Notes under the pieces: generated by a model
The model's input: only the letters and a program-made list of their open reading frames with translations
Told to the model about the DNA's origin: nothing
Databases searched by the model: none
Assembly (NCBI GenBank): GCA_944392815.1
Contig: CALXXY010000001.1
Span: forward strand, 1-64,000
Length of the DNA: 64,000 nucleotides
Reading direction: 5' to 3'
From: an uncultured Alphaproteobacteria bacterium
GTDB taxonomy: Bacteria; Pseudomonadota; Alphaproteobacteria; Rs-D84
Position numbers and translations under genes: made by a program
Shown: one piece after another, positions 29,418-39,397 of the stretch
Layout: the number at the start of each line of letters is the position of its first letter
How positions within the stretch are numbered: the first letter of the stretch is position 1

Positions 29418-29762
29418 TTATTTTTTCCAAAACGCAAATCCGCTGCGACGTTCGGATTTTTCTTCGCGCTGTTTTCTGTCCTCGATTGCGCGGCGGCGTT
29501 CGGCGCGACGTTCCTGGAACCGGCGGGCCGATTCTTCGTCGCGATGAATCAGTTTCAGCGTGGTCACAGATAATTTATCATTACGGACTTCTTCGTCAAA
29601 TTCAACAATATCATTTTCATTCAGGAATCTGATACCCGCTGCTTTCAGTGCACTGGAATGAACAAAAACATCGTCCATATTACCATTTTCGTTCGGTGTG
29701 TCCGGCGTAATAAAGCCAAAGCACTTTTTACCATTGTACCATTTTACTTTACCTTGACGCAT
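29418..29762 (-). CDS. Cold-shock domain protein with charged C-terminal extension
   Basis: GKVKWYNGKKCFGFITPD, DVFVHSSAL. Confidence 0.88.
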   Translation of the reverse strand: MRQGKVKWYNGKKCFGFITPDTPNENGNMDDVFVHSSALKAAGIRFLNENDIVEFDEEVRNDKLSVTTLKLIHRDEESARRFQERRAERRRAIEDRKQREEKSERRSGFAFWKK

Positions 29763-29900
29763 AATGTGCCTTCCTTTCTTATGCTTGTTATGGTTCCCAA
29801 AGTACTGTGAACCTGTAATAATTGTTGCGGATTACGATACAGATTGCAAGAAAAAACACCCCAGGAAAATCGTGTTTAATTTCCTGGGGCGGCGATTGTA

Positions 29901-31328
29901 TTATTTGTTCGTTTTTTTATAGTACCGCTGGACTTCGGTCATAACAAAGTTGAACAATTTGCCCGCCAATGTGTCGGACGGTACGGTCCAGTCATGCTGG
30001 AAATACGGCATGGCCGCGACCAGAATAAACCGCGCCATGAAATGGAAAATCTCGCTTTCCTGGGCCTGGGTCAATTTGGCCGGGGCGTCTTTGATACGAA
30101 AAACTTCGTTTTCAATGGCGTTGTCCAATTTATCAACGATGATGTCCAAAATTTTCGGCGGATAATACAGTTTGCACAATTTAGGAAACCCGTCAAACAT
30201 GGATACATCTGTGCCCTGGCTGTACAAAATATTCCAACCGACACGGTCAAATAAATCCTCCAGGCACTGGCAAATCATCAGATTGTATTGTTTAACGCCC
30301 ATTTCCATAAAATCCGCCAATTTGCGTTCTATATCCGCACTGGTACGCGCGGTTTTAGTGTTTTTGTTGTTTTCACGTTTACGCGAAACCTCGTAATTTC
30401 CGTGTGTTTGGCGTTCAAATTCGAAAAATGTGCGAACCTGGCAAATGATTTCCATGGGAACGACGTGGCCGTCTTTGCCGATATCGATTATTAATTTGGC
30501 GTCGCGATAATTACGCGGATTTTTCATATCGTAAAAATTATCGCGCACAGATAAAATCCGGTCCGGCATCATGTCACACACGCGTTCAATAAATGTGCGG
30601 GCCTGGGGGATTAAATCAAACAGGCATTTCACACGCCAAACGTCCTGCAGGCGCATGCGGGGACGTGGGACTTTGTCCAATTCACGCACCAATTCCACCG
30701 CGATTTTTTCGTGTCCAGAACCGATAATGGACAGCACTGTTTCGGACGGTGTGGAAATATAGCGTTCGTTTAATTTCGCGCGAATTTTATCGGCAACCGC
30801 ACGCGCAGACGCCAAACGATCGTGCGATGCAATCACGCGGTACACTGTCGCGGCAACTTCGTCCACGTATGCGGCATAGTATTTGCCGGTCACTTTGTCC
30901 AATGCCCTGTCGATGCTTTTTTGTGCGCCGACAATAACCGTGACGATGGACGACACCGCCAGGTCAATTTTGTGCCCCGCCCCACTGGTAAAAAATTGAT
31001 TACGCATGGGGTCTGCGTCCAAGCGGTGGTGCACAATGTATGGCGACAATGGATTTATATCCGATACCTTGATCGGTTCGTCAATTGCGCTGTCGGTGGC
31101 ATAATCATAGCGCATAACGGGCGCCTTGGGCGCACCAAAACATTTGCCCAGGAAATAGAACACTTCGCGGAACCACAGCATACCATCGGAATATAATTCA
31201 GATAAATATGCGGCGGCTTCGTCATTAATGCGACCGGATTTGCGCGCCTGTTCAATGGTGGCCTGATTTTTCCTGTCCCGTTCGGCGGCCAGGTCGGCCG
31301 CGCTGCTTTCAGAATACGGTGTTATCAT
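29901..31328 (-). CDS. hypothetical protein with RelA/SpoT-like nucleotidyltransferase motifs
   Basis: KSIDRALDK, QDVWR, PRNYRD, EIICQVRT and HGNY in synthetase order; 475-aa ORF 12 bp after lysS. Confidence 0.5.
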   Translation of the reverse strand: MITPYSESSAADLAAERDRKNQATIEQARKSGRINDEAAAYLSELYSDGMLWFREVFYFLGKCFGAPKAPVMRYDYATDSAIDEPIKVSDINPLSPYIVHHRLDADPMRNQFFTSGAGHKIDLAVSSIVTVIVGAQKSIDRALDKVTGKYYAAYVDEVAATVYRVIASHDRLASARAVADKIRAKLNERYISTPSETVLSIIGSGHEKIAVELVRELDKVPRPRMRLQDVWRVKCLFDLIPQARTFIERVCDMMPDRILSVRDNFYDMKNPRNYRDAKLIIDIGKDGHVVPMEIICQVRTFFEFERQTHGNYEVSRKRENNKNTKTARTSADIERKLADFMEMGVKQYNLMICQCLEDLFDRVGWNILYSQGTDVSMFDGFPKLCKLYYPPKILDIIVDKLDNAIENEVFRIKDAPAKLTQAQESEIFHFMARFILVAAMPYFQHDWTVPSDTLAGKLFNFVMTEVQRYYKKTNK

Positions 31329-31340
31329 GGCATGCCCCCA

Positions 31341-32819
31341 TTATTTCATTATCGGAAATAATATAACGTCACGCAGTGTCGGGGCGTCCGCTATGATAGA
31401 AAAAAATCTGTCAATTCCCAACCCCAGGCCCGAAATCGGTGGCATACCGTGTTCCATGGCACGCAGGAAATCTTCGTCCAGGTCAAATGCCTCGTCATCG
31501 CCGGCGGCTTTGTTTTTCGCCTGCTCTTCGAACGCGGCACGTTGGACAATTGGGTCGACCAATTCTGAATATGCCTTTATCAATTCGGCACCACAGACAA
31601 TCAACTGGAATATATCTATGCGGCGATTGTCATCGTCGTTGCGACGCGCCAATGGTATCAAATATGCCGGATAGTTATATACAATTGTCGGCTGGATAAT
31701 CTGGTCACGGATTTTGTGTTTGAACACATAGTCCACTATGGCCGGCACAGATTTCAGCGGTTCCATTTCGTCCGCGCCAAACATGCCGCCGGCAATCAAC
31801 TGTTTTTTCAGGGCGTCGGTGTCGCGGAATTCCAAAATGTCAACACCCAGCAATTCATTCATGCGGGCCGTGTAATCGATTTCATCGTATTTGGTGAAAT
31901 CCAATTTGGTGCCCTGGTATTCAATTTGTAATGTGCCGCGCAAATCCATGATGATTTTTTGAATCATATCCCATGAAAATTTAATATTGTCCTGATAATT
32001 CCAATATGCGGCGTACCATTCCAGCATGGTGAATTCCTGCAGGTGCATGGCGTCCATGCCTTCGTTGCGAAAATTTTTGCCCAATTCATACACGCGGTCA
32101 AATCCAGCGGCAATGGTTTGTTTCAAAAATAATTCCGGCGCAATACGCAGATAAAAATCAGCGTCCAACGCATTGTGATGCGTGATAAATGGGCGCGCGG
32201 CGGCACCACTGGCCACAACCTGCATTATCGGGGTTTCAACCTCGGTAAAACCATTGGCGTTTAAATATTCGCGTATCAGGCGCAACATTTTAAAACGCAT
32301 TTTCATCGTGCGACGTGTGTCTTCGTTGGCAATTATATCCAGATAGCGTTGACGATAACGCGTTTCCATATCCGTCAACCCGTGGAATTTTTCCGGCAAC
32401 GGACGCAGGGCTTTTGATAAAATTTCATATTTTGCCACGCGCACAGTCAATTCGCCCGCGGTTGTATGGTATAATTCACCATCAATACCGATAAAATCGC
32501 CCAGGTCGACATTGGATTTCATGAATTTATATTGTTCTTCGCCCAATTCTTCGCGGGACATAGAAAACTGGATTTCGCCGTCAATATCATAAATGCGGCC
32601 GAACATCAATTTCCCCAACCACCGCAGTGCCGTGACGCGCCCCGCCAGGCGCACATGCGCGCCATCGGACAAATTGCGGGCGTCACAAATTTTGTGGCTG
32701 CGGTCAAATTTATCTTTCCAAACAACACCATCGCGGGCGCGGATATTTTCTGCCTTTTGCAGGCGCGCCTGTAATTCATTTGTCGATATTTTCGTGGTAC
32801 TGTTTGCGTTTTCTGACAT
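31341..32819 (-). CDS. lysS: Lysine--tRNA ligase, class II
   Basis: LRPLPEKFHGL, YRQRYLD, YLRIAPEL, FRNEG, GMPPISGLGLGIDR. Confidence 0.96.
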   Translation of the reverse strand: MSENANSTTKISTNELQARLQKAENIRARDGVVWKDKFDRSHKICDARNLSDGAHVRLAGRVTALRWLGKLMFGRIYDIDGEIQFSMSREELGEEQYKFMKSNVDLGDFIGIDGELYHTTAGELTVRVAKYEILSKALRPLPEKFHGLTDMETRYRQRYLDIIANEDTRRTMKMRFKMLRLIREYLNANGFTEVETPIMQVVASGAAARPFITHHNALDADFYLRIAPELFLKQTIAAGFDRVYELGKNFRNEGMDAMHLQEFTMLEWYAAYWNYQDNIKFSWDMIQKIIMDLRGTLQIEYQGTKLDFTKYDEIDYTARMNELLGVDILEFRDTDALKKQLIAGGMFGADEMEPLKSVPAIVDYVFKHKIRDQIIQPTIVYNYPAYLIPLARRNDDDNRRIDIFQLIVCGAELIKAYSELVDPIVQRAAFEEQAKNKAAGDDEAFDLDEDFLRAMEHGMPPISGLGLGIDRFFSIIADAPTLRDVILFPIMK

Positions 32820-32850
32820 TTTCGTTTCCTTTGTTGGGCGTTTAAAAGTT

Positions 32851-32935
32851 AAAAAAAGGACGCATGAAAAGTGCGTCCGTCAATTTTTTTGATGGTCGCA
32901 CCGTATCAATAAAAAATTTTCAAAACCAATTTCAT
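32851..32935 (-). promoter_or_regulatory. Putative transcription attenuator with leader peptide MKLVLKIFY
   Basis: Leader ORF 32935-32906; overlapping alternative hairpins; terminator GGACGCA..TGCGTCC plus T7. Confidence 0.6.
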
Positions 32936-32964
32936 TTTCCGATTGTCCCCATCAGATAAAACTT

Positions 32965-33041
32965 TGGTGCGAGCAAAGGGGCTCGAACCCTCGACCTCAA
33001 CCTTGGCAAGGTTGCGCTCTAGCCAACTGAGCTACGCTCGC
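32965..33041 (-). tRNA. tRNA-Gly(GCC)
   Basis: GCGAGCG..CAACC-TT-GCC-AA-GGTTG..GGTTCGAGCCC..GCTCGC-ACCA. Confidence 0.95.
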
Positions 33042-33090
33042 ACTGTGGGGTATATTTTTACATATCTTTTTTGCAATTGCAAGTAAAATT

Positions 33091-33348
33091 TTATCGCTGG
33101 CGTCCGGGGGCAAAATACCGCAATGAATCCAGCGTATATTGGCGTTTTGCCAAATCGTGACGCCGTTGTTGAATGTTTAATTCCTGCTGTTTTAATGTGT
33201 TGGCGTGGCGGATCTCGCCCCAAATACCGTATGCCGCCACAGACATCATCATTATGCTGAACGCCAACACAAAATACAGGCACCCGGTCGGGTTTGTCCG
33301 AACCGGGTCGCCAAAATCACTGCCGGAAATTTCGCGTTTTTCCGTCAT
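33091..33348 (-). CDS. small hypothetical membrane protein
   Basis: 85 aa, one TM, starts 3 bp after the upstream stop, ends GRQR. Confidence 0.55.
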   Translation of the reverse strand: MTEKREISGSDFGDPVRTNPTGCLYFVLAFSIMMMSVAAYGIWGEIRHANTLKQQELNIQQRRHDLAKRQYTLDSLRYFAPGRQR

Positions 33349-33351
33349 GTG

Positions 33352-34383
33352 TTATAACCATTTCCATGGTTGGATTATCTGCAGAAATCCGTATGCAGTA
33401 CGTTTGTCTGCGAATGTGTGACCACAACGTGGGCATACGATGAACGGTGCGATAACGGCCTTGGTCTTTTTAAACATGGCGTGCCATATCCACAACCCCA
33501 GTACCCATACGGCGATTACCAATCCCCATGCGACATAGTTGAAATACTGGTCAACTGTGTCGGTGATGACGGTGATAACCTGGACATCGGATTGTGACAA
33601 ATCGTCATAAATTTTTGTTGCCACAGGCCACGACGACGGGCGCCACGGATACACGTGTTCAATGCCGTAATTCGTCAGCAATGTTGTGCCCAGGCCACCT
33701 GTGTTTTTATCCAATTGCGATTTGATTACGTCGTCAATCATATCGTCAATTTGAACCTGCAGAACACTGGTTAACTGGGTTTCGATTTCGTCCAATTTTT
33801 CATTGACCATCGCGGCAGTGTCATCAACGCGGGCGATTGTTTCGTTGGCTTTGTCAATACCGGTGTTAACCTGGTCTACGCCTTTGTTTACTTCGTCCAG
33901 GGCCTTGTCTATGCCGCTGGTGTTAATGCCAAACATGTTGGCCAGGCCGGTTAATTTGCCAACCTTTTCCGTGGTGTCGGTCACTTTTTCAGTGGCGGCG
34001 CCTGCGTCGGCGGTGACCTGTTTGGCTTTGTCTGTGGTATCGGTGACAACATCAACGGCGTCGCCCACCATGCGGACTTTGTCCACAGCAAACGCAACCG
34101 GTTTTTCCAGATTAATCGCGTCCTTGATACCGTCCAACAATTTTTCGTATTGTTCAACTATGTTGCGTTGCAGGTCGAAAAACATAGACACAACTATCGA
34201 TTTTTTAATCGGTTGGGAATACGTGTTTTTCACCCACAGCGGTGTCGCAATTACCAGCGCAATCCAGATAACCGATATCACCGCAAATGTAATTTTTACA
34301 CGGGTGATAAACGATTTTTTCTTTTTAACGGTTTTTGCGCCGTTTTGTTCGATTACTTCGACTTCTTTTTTCTTTCTGGGCAT
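33352..34383 (-). CDS. hypothetical membrane protein with coiled-coil loop and C-terminal CxxC
   Basis: Two TM segments flanking a heptad-rich region; VCPRCGH; AGGAG RBS. Confidence 0.7.
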   Translation of the reverse strand: MPRKKKEVEVIEQNGAKTVKKKKSFITRVKITFAVISVIWIALVIATPLWVKNTYSQPIKKSIVVSMFFDLQRNIVEQYEKLLDGIKDAINLEKPVAFAVDKVRMVGDAVDVVTDTTDKAKQVTADAGAATEKVTDTTEKVGKLTGLANMFGINTSGIDKALDEVNKGVDQVNTGIDKANETIARVDDTAAMVNEKLDEIETQLTSVLQVQIDDMIDDVIKSQLDKNTGGLGTTLLTNYGIEHVYPWRPSSWPVATKIYDDLSQSDVQVITVITDTVDQYFNYVAWGLVIAVWVLGLWIWHAMFKKTKAVIAPFIVCPRCGHTFADKRTAYGFLQIIQPWKWL

Positions 34384-34446
34384 GATAAAACTCCTTTCCT
34401 GAACATATACAGTTTAATAAAGTTTTGTTTTTTATTTCAACTGTTT

Positions 34447-34800
34447 TTATCGTGTTTGCTGTTTGAATGCAACTATCATTTCGGCTGACATCGAACGCGC
34501 AAATTCAGTGCTGGGCCAGGTGCTTTGCAATTTCATGATTTGATTTATTGTGTTGTAATACAATTCTGCGTGACGTTTATTATCAAAAGTCGATACCTGG
34601 GTCGTCGGTAAAAGTTTGCACTGTCCCGGTCTGTCCTGGTCCGGCAAGCACGCCAATGTGTAAACGTATGTTAATTTTTTTATCGTCTTTTTCGCCGTGG
34701 CCAGATAGATTTTATCCGACGCACTTAATACTAATTTTGGTTGTACTTGGTTTTCTTTCAGCCAACGGGCGGCCAGTTTTAATTTTAAATTTTCAAACAT
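34447..34800 (-). CDS. hypothetical protein
   Basis: 117-aa ORF with AAGGA RBS after tgt; ends QQTR. Confidence 0.6.
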   Translation of the reverse strand: MFENLKLKLAARWLKENQVQPKLVLSASDKIYLATAKKTIKKLTYVYTLACLPDQDRPGQCKLLPTTQVSTFDNKRHAELYYNTINQIMKLQSTWPSTEFARSMSAEMIVAFKQQTR

Positions 34801-34826
34801 ATATCTTTTTCCTTTTTCGTTTTTAA

Positions 34827-35954
<1,128 letters not shown>

Positions 35955-36088
35955 TTATTTAAAGTTTTCGCGCCATACCGTCCCTAAATCAGCGTCAAAA
36001 TCCGCGCCCTGGGTTACAATTGATATAGGGCCATCAAAATAACCGTCAGTCCATTTGGCAATTTATGTAATTGCGGTTCAAATTTCAT
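35955..36088 (-). pseudogene. Internally deleted remnant of a probable M16 peptidase
   Basis: RBS plus MKFEPQLHKLPNGLTVIL (M16-type start) joined out of frame to YFDGPISIVTQGADFDADLGTVWRENFK*. Confidence 0.5.
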
Positions 36089-36100
36089 TTACGTTTCCCT

Positions 36101-36505
36101 TTATCTGGTGCGCCCGGCGGCAGCCATGGCCAACTGCTGTTGTTGCACTTGTTGCAATTCAGATTGCATTTGCGCGTACATGCGTTGCATTTCTATAATC
36201 TGGCGCCCCAATGTGAATGTGTCTGTTTGCAGGGCCGATTGATTATCGCGATTTTGCTGGACCTGTTTTTCCAGTTGTTTGACACGTTTTTGCGTTTGTT
36301 TATATTTGCGTTCCAGTGCGCGATATTCTTTGTTTTTATCCAATGTTTTGCCATTTTTACCGATAAATTTATCAATCAGTCCCTGAATCGCGCGGGATTT
36401 AATTAACATACTGCCCCATTTGAACGCACTTTTACGTCCCGCTTTGCTTTTCATAAAACGTGCCCATAATTTCGGGTTTGCCAAAAAACGCAGCCATGCA
36501 GCCAT
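36101..36505 (-). CDS. hypothetical basic coiled-coil protein
   Basis: 134 aa, GGAG RBS, Gln-rich heptads, ends GRTR. Confidence 0.65.
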   Translation of the reverse strand: MAAWLRFLANPKLWARFMKSKAGRKSAFKWGSMLIKSRAIQGLIDKFIGKNGKTLDKNKEYRALERKYKQTQKRVKQLEKQVQQNRDNQSALQTDTFTLGRQIIEMQRMYAQMQSELQQVQQQQLAMAAAGRTR

Positions 36506-36508
36506 TTT

Positions 36509-37579
36509 TTACTCCTTTGCCTGTGTGTTGTTTTGTTGTTGTTTTTTAAACAGTAAACAGCAATCGCCATATGAAAAAAATCTGTATTTTTCTGCGACTG
36601 CGTGCGCATATGCGCATTTCATTTCGTCCAGTCCGCTGAACGCGGAAACCAACATGAACAGTGTTGATTTGGGCAAATGAAAATTCGTCAGCAACACATC
36701 GACCGCACGAAATTCGTATCCGGGCGTGATGAAAATATCGGTACTGCGGCAAATTGGTGCAACCCGCGCAAAACGTTCGTTTTCGGGACGTGCCCAGTTG
36801 TCCATTGCCGCACTTTCCAACGTCCGCATAGACGTTGTACCAACCGCAATTACGCGTTTTGCGTTGTTAATTATATCGGCCTGTGGCGGGGTGATACAGC
36901 ACCATTCACTGTGCATTTTGTGTTCGTTCAGGTTTTCTGTTTTCACCGGCAACCATGTGCCCGCACCAACGTGCAGTGTTATTTTGACTATTTTCGCGCC
37001 ACGGCGTTCGATTTCGTCCATTAATTCGGGCGTAAAATGCAGGCCGGCCGTGGGTGCCGCCATTGACCCCAATGGTTCGGCGTACACAGTTTGATAACGC
37101 GTGCGATCGGATTCTTCGGCATCGCGTTTCATATATGGTGGCAAAGGCATTTTGCCAACTGCGTCCAAAACCGCGAACACGTTGTCGCACATGAATTCCA
37201 ATTTTAACCCACTGTCGTCTTTTTTATCCAGCACGCGTGCGGTGGTGCCATCGTCCAGGGTTAATATTTCATCGATTGGAATTTTATTGAATTTTTTGCA
37301 CAGCCCCCACCACGTTTTATCATTTTCGGCGGTATGCAATGTAATTTCGTATGCCGTGCCATGTGAATCTGTGGCATTAAAACGCGCGGGGATTACGCGC
37401 GAATTATTAAACACAACAACGTCGCCGGGCTGTAAGTAATCCACAAAATCGCGAATATGCCTGTCCACCAGATCATTCCCATGCACCACCAACATGCGCG
37501 AGGCGTCGCGTTGTTGCAACGGGTGCGATGCGATTAATTCAGGCGGCAATTCAAAATCAAAATCAGACGTATGCAACAT
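36509..37579 (-). CDS. queA: SAM:tRNA ribosyltransferase-isomerase
   Basis: FDFELPPELIA, PLPPY, YQTVYA, AAPTAGLHF, TNFHLPKSTL, YRFFSYGD. Confidence 0.96.
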   Translation of the reverse strand: MLHTSDFDFELPPELIASHPLQQRDASRMLVVHGNDLVDRHIRDFVDYLQPGDVVVFNNSRVIPARFNATDSHGTAYEITLHTAENDKTWWGLCKKFNKIPIDEILTLDDGTTARVLDKKDDSGLKLEFMCDNVFAVLDAVGKMPLPPYMKRDAEESDRTRYQTVYAEPLGSMAAPTAGLHFTPELMDEIERRGAKIVKITLHVGAGTWLPVKTENLNEHKMHSEWCCITPPQADIINNAKRVIAVGTTSMRTLESAAMDNWARPENERFARVAPICRSTDIFITPGYEFRAVDVLLTNFHLPKSTLFMLVSAFSGLDEMKCAYAHAVAEKYRFFSYGDCCLLFKKQQQNNTQAKE

Positions 37580-38472
37580 TATTTTTTGAATTCCAATCCC
37601 TGGTCAATATAGTTTTCGGCGGTATCTTCCCAATTTGGTTCAACACGCACAAACAAATGCAAACGCGCGTTTACACCCCATTGATCCTGGATATCATGGC
37701 GGGCAGCGGTGCCAATTTTTTGCAATTGCGCCCCGCCCCGGCCGATAACTATTTTTTTATGTGCGTCGCTGCGCACGACTATTTTTTGGTATATATCCAA
37801 AACGCCGTCGTCGGCCACGTCCACGCGTTCAGTCACAACATTGATGTGATATGGCAATTCCTGGTGAATATATCTGTAGATTTTTTCGCGCGTCAATTCC
37901 GCCAAATACAAATTATCAGGCACATCGGTTGCGTCATGCGGTTCAAACAAATACGGGCCGGCCGGCATAACGTCCGCCAATGCGCGCAACATTTCATTTA
38001 CGCCGTCGTTTTTCAATGCGGAAATCATGAATATATCACGCGGGTGCGCCAATTCATTAATTTCGGCCGTCAGCGGCAACAAATCTGGTTTTGGGACTGC
38101 GTCAACCTTGTTCAAAGCGACAAACAAATTTTTATGGTCGCGGATTTTTTCAACCAATCCGCGCACTGTATCGGTTATGCCCTTTTGTGCATCGATTAAC
38201 AGCAAAATCGCATCTGCGTCACCGGTTGCGTCCATGGCCGCGCCAACCATGGCCCTGTCCAGGCGACGCGACGGGCGAAATATCCCGGGTGTATCAACAA
38301 ATATTAACTGACGCGACCCGACCATTTTCACCGCCCGCAGGTTCGTACGTGTTGTTTGCACTTTGTGTGAAACAATCGACACCTTGCGCCCCATGATTTG
38401 ATTTATCAGGGTGCTTTTCCCCGCGTTGGTTGGGCCAACTATTGCAATAAATCCTGAATAAGTTTTGTTCAT
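37579..38472 (-). CDS. era: GTPase Era
   Basis: GPTNAGKST, KVQTTR, DTPG, NKVD, QELPY, IVIGRGG; start at 38472. Confidence 0.95.
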   Translation of the reverse strand: MNKTYSGFIAIVGPTNAGKSTLINQIMGRKVSIVSHKVQTTRTNLRAVKMVGSRQLIFVDTPGIFRPSRRLDRAMVGAAMDATGDADAILLLIDAQKGITDTVRGLVEKIRDHKNLFVALNKVDAVPKPDLLPLTAEINELAHPRDIFMISALKNDGVNEMLRALADVMPAGPYLFEPHDATDVPDNLYLAELTREKIYRYIHQELPYHINVVTERVDVADDGVLDIYQKIVVRSDAHKKIVIGRGGAQLQKIGTAARHDIQDQWGVNARLHLFVRVEPNWEDTAENYIDQGLEFKK

Positions 38473-38575
38473 ACCCCCAGCATAGCACAGCAAATGAAAA
38501 AGTGAACAAAAATCTTGCAAACGTGCCACGGGCGTGTAGAATTTGACCAGAGAGATAACCCAAAAGGTATTTTAC

Positions 38576-39295
38576 ATGCAGTTAACCGGACCGGAAATTT
38601 TGCGCCGTATGCAAACATATAACAAAAATAATCCTGGATACAAGCCGGACATTGTTATCACCCCATTTGATGAAAAATGCCTGGGCAGCAACAGTTATGA
38701 TTTGCACCTGGGGGATTTGTTAAAAGTGTATAAACACACGATTCCTGTTGGAATGCGGCCCATTATTGAATATCATGGCGGCAGAAAATATTCCATGCGT
38801 GATTGGTTCAAATCATACAATGATTATTTGAACTATCACAAAAATCCCGAGTTATTTGATATTCGCAATCCGCAATACTTGCTGGATCCGTGCGATGCAC
38901 AATCACACGAAACGGTCGATATAAAAATCCCGACGAATGGGGTTATTTTGTCCCCTTTGATTGGATATTTGGGACACACAGTGGAATATACTGAAACGTA
39001 CAATCTGTTCCCGTATATAGACGGCAAATCGTCTGTGGGCCGCAATTTCATATTAAATCACCACACGGCTGGGCGTGGCGACGATGGTTTTTGTGGCCAA
39101 TGGACGTTGGAAATTCGCGTGTTGCACCCGACTGTCGTATATCCCAATATGCGCATAGGGCAAATTTACTATGAACAATTCGTTGGCGAACGCAAACCAT
39201 ACAATGAAAACGCCAGCAGTCATTACAACGGGCAAATGGGTCCCACGCCCGCGGCAGTAATTCCGATTGAATCAATCACACAAAAACAACGATAA
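38576..39295 (+). CDS. dcd: dCTP deaminase-like protein with insertion
   Basis: NSYDLHLG, DGKSSVGR, TAGRGDDGFCGQWTLE, YPNMRIGQI, YNGQ. Confidence 0.75.
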   Translation: MQLTGPEILRRMQTYNKNNPGYKPDIVITPFDEKCLGSNSYDLHLGDLLKVYKHTIPVGMRPIIEYHGGRKYSMRDWFKSYNDYLNYHKNPELFDIRNPQYLLDPCDAQSHETVDIKIPTNGVILSPLIGYLGHTVEYTETYNLFPYIDGKSSVGRNFILNHHTAGRGDDGFCGQWTLEIRVLHPTVVYPNMRIGQIYYEQFVGERKPYNENASSHYNGQMGPTPAAVIPIESITQKQR

Positions 39296-39397
39296 AAAAG
39301 GAACCTTTGGATTCGGAATAAATTATATTGACGATACAGGAAAATATTGCTATTATTCAGCGCAGAAGTACGCCGAATCCAAAGGTCAGTTTAGATT

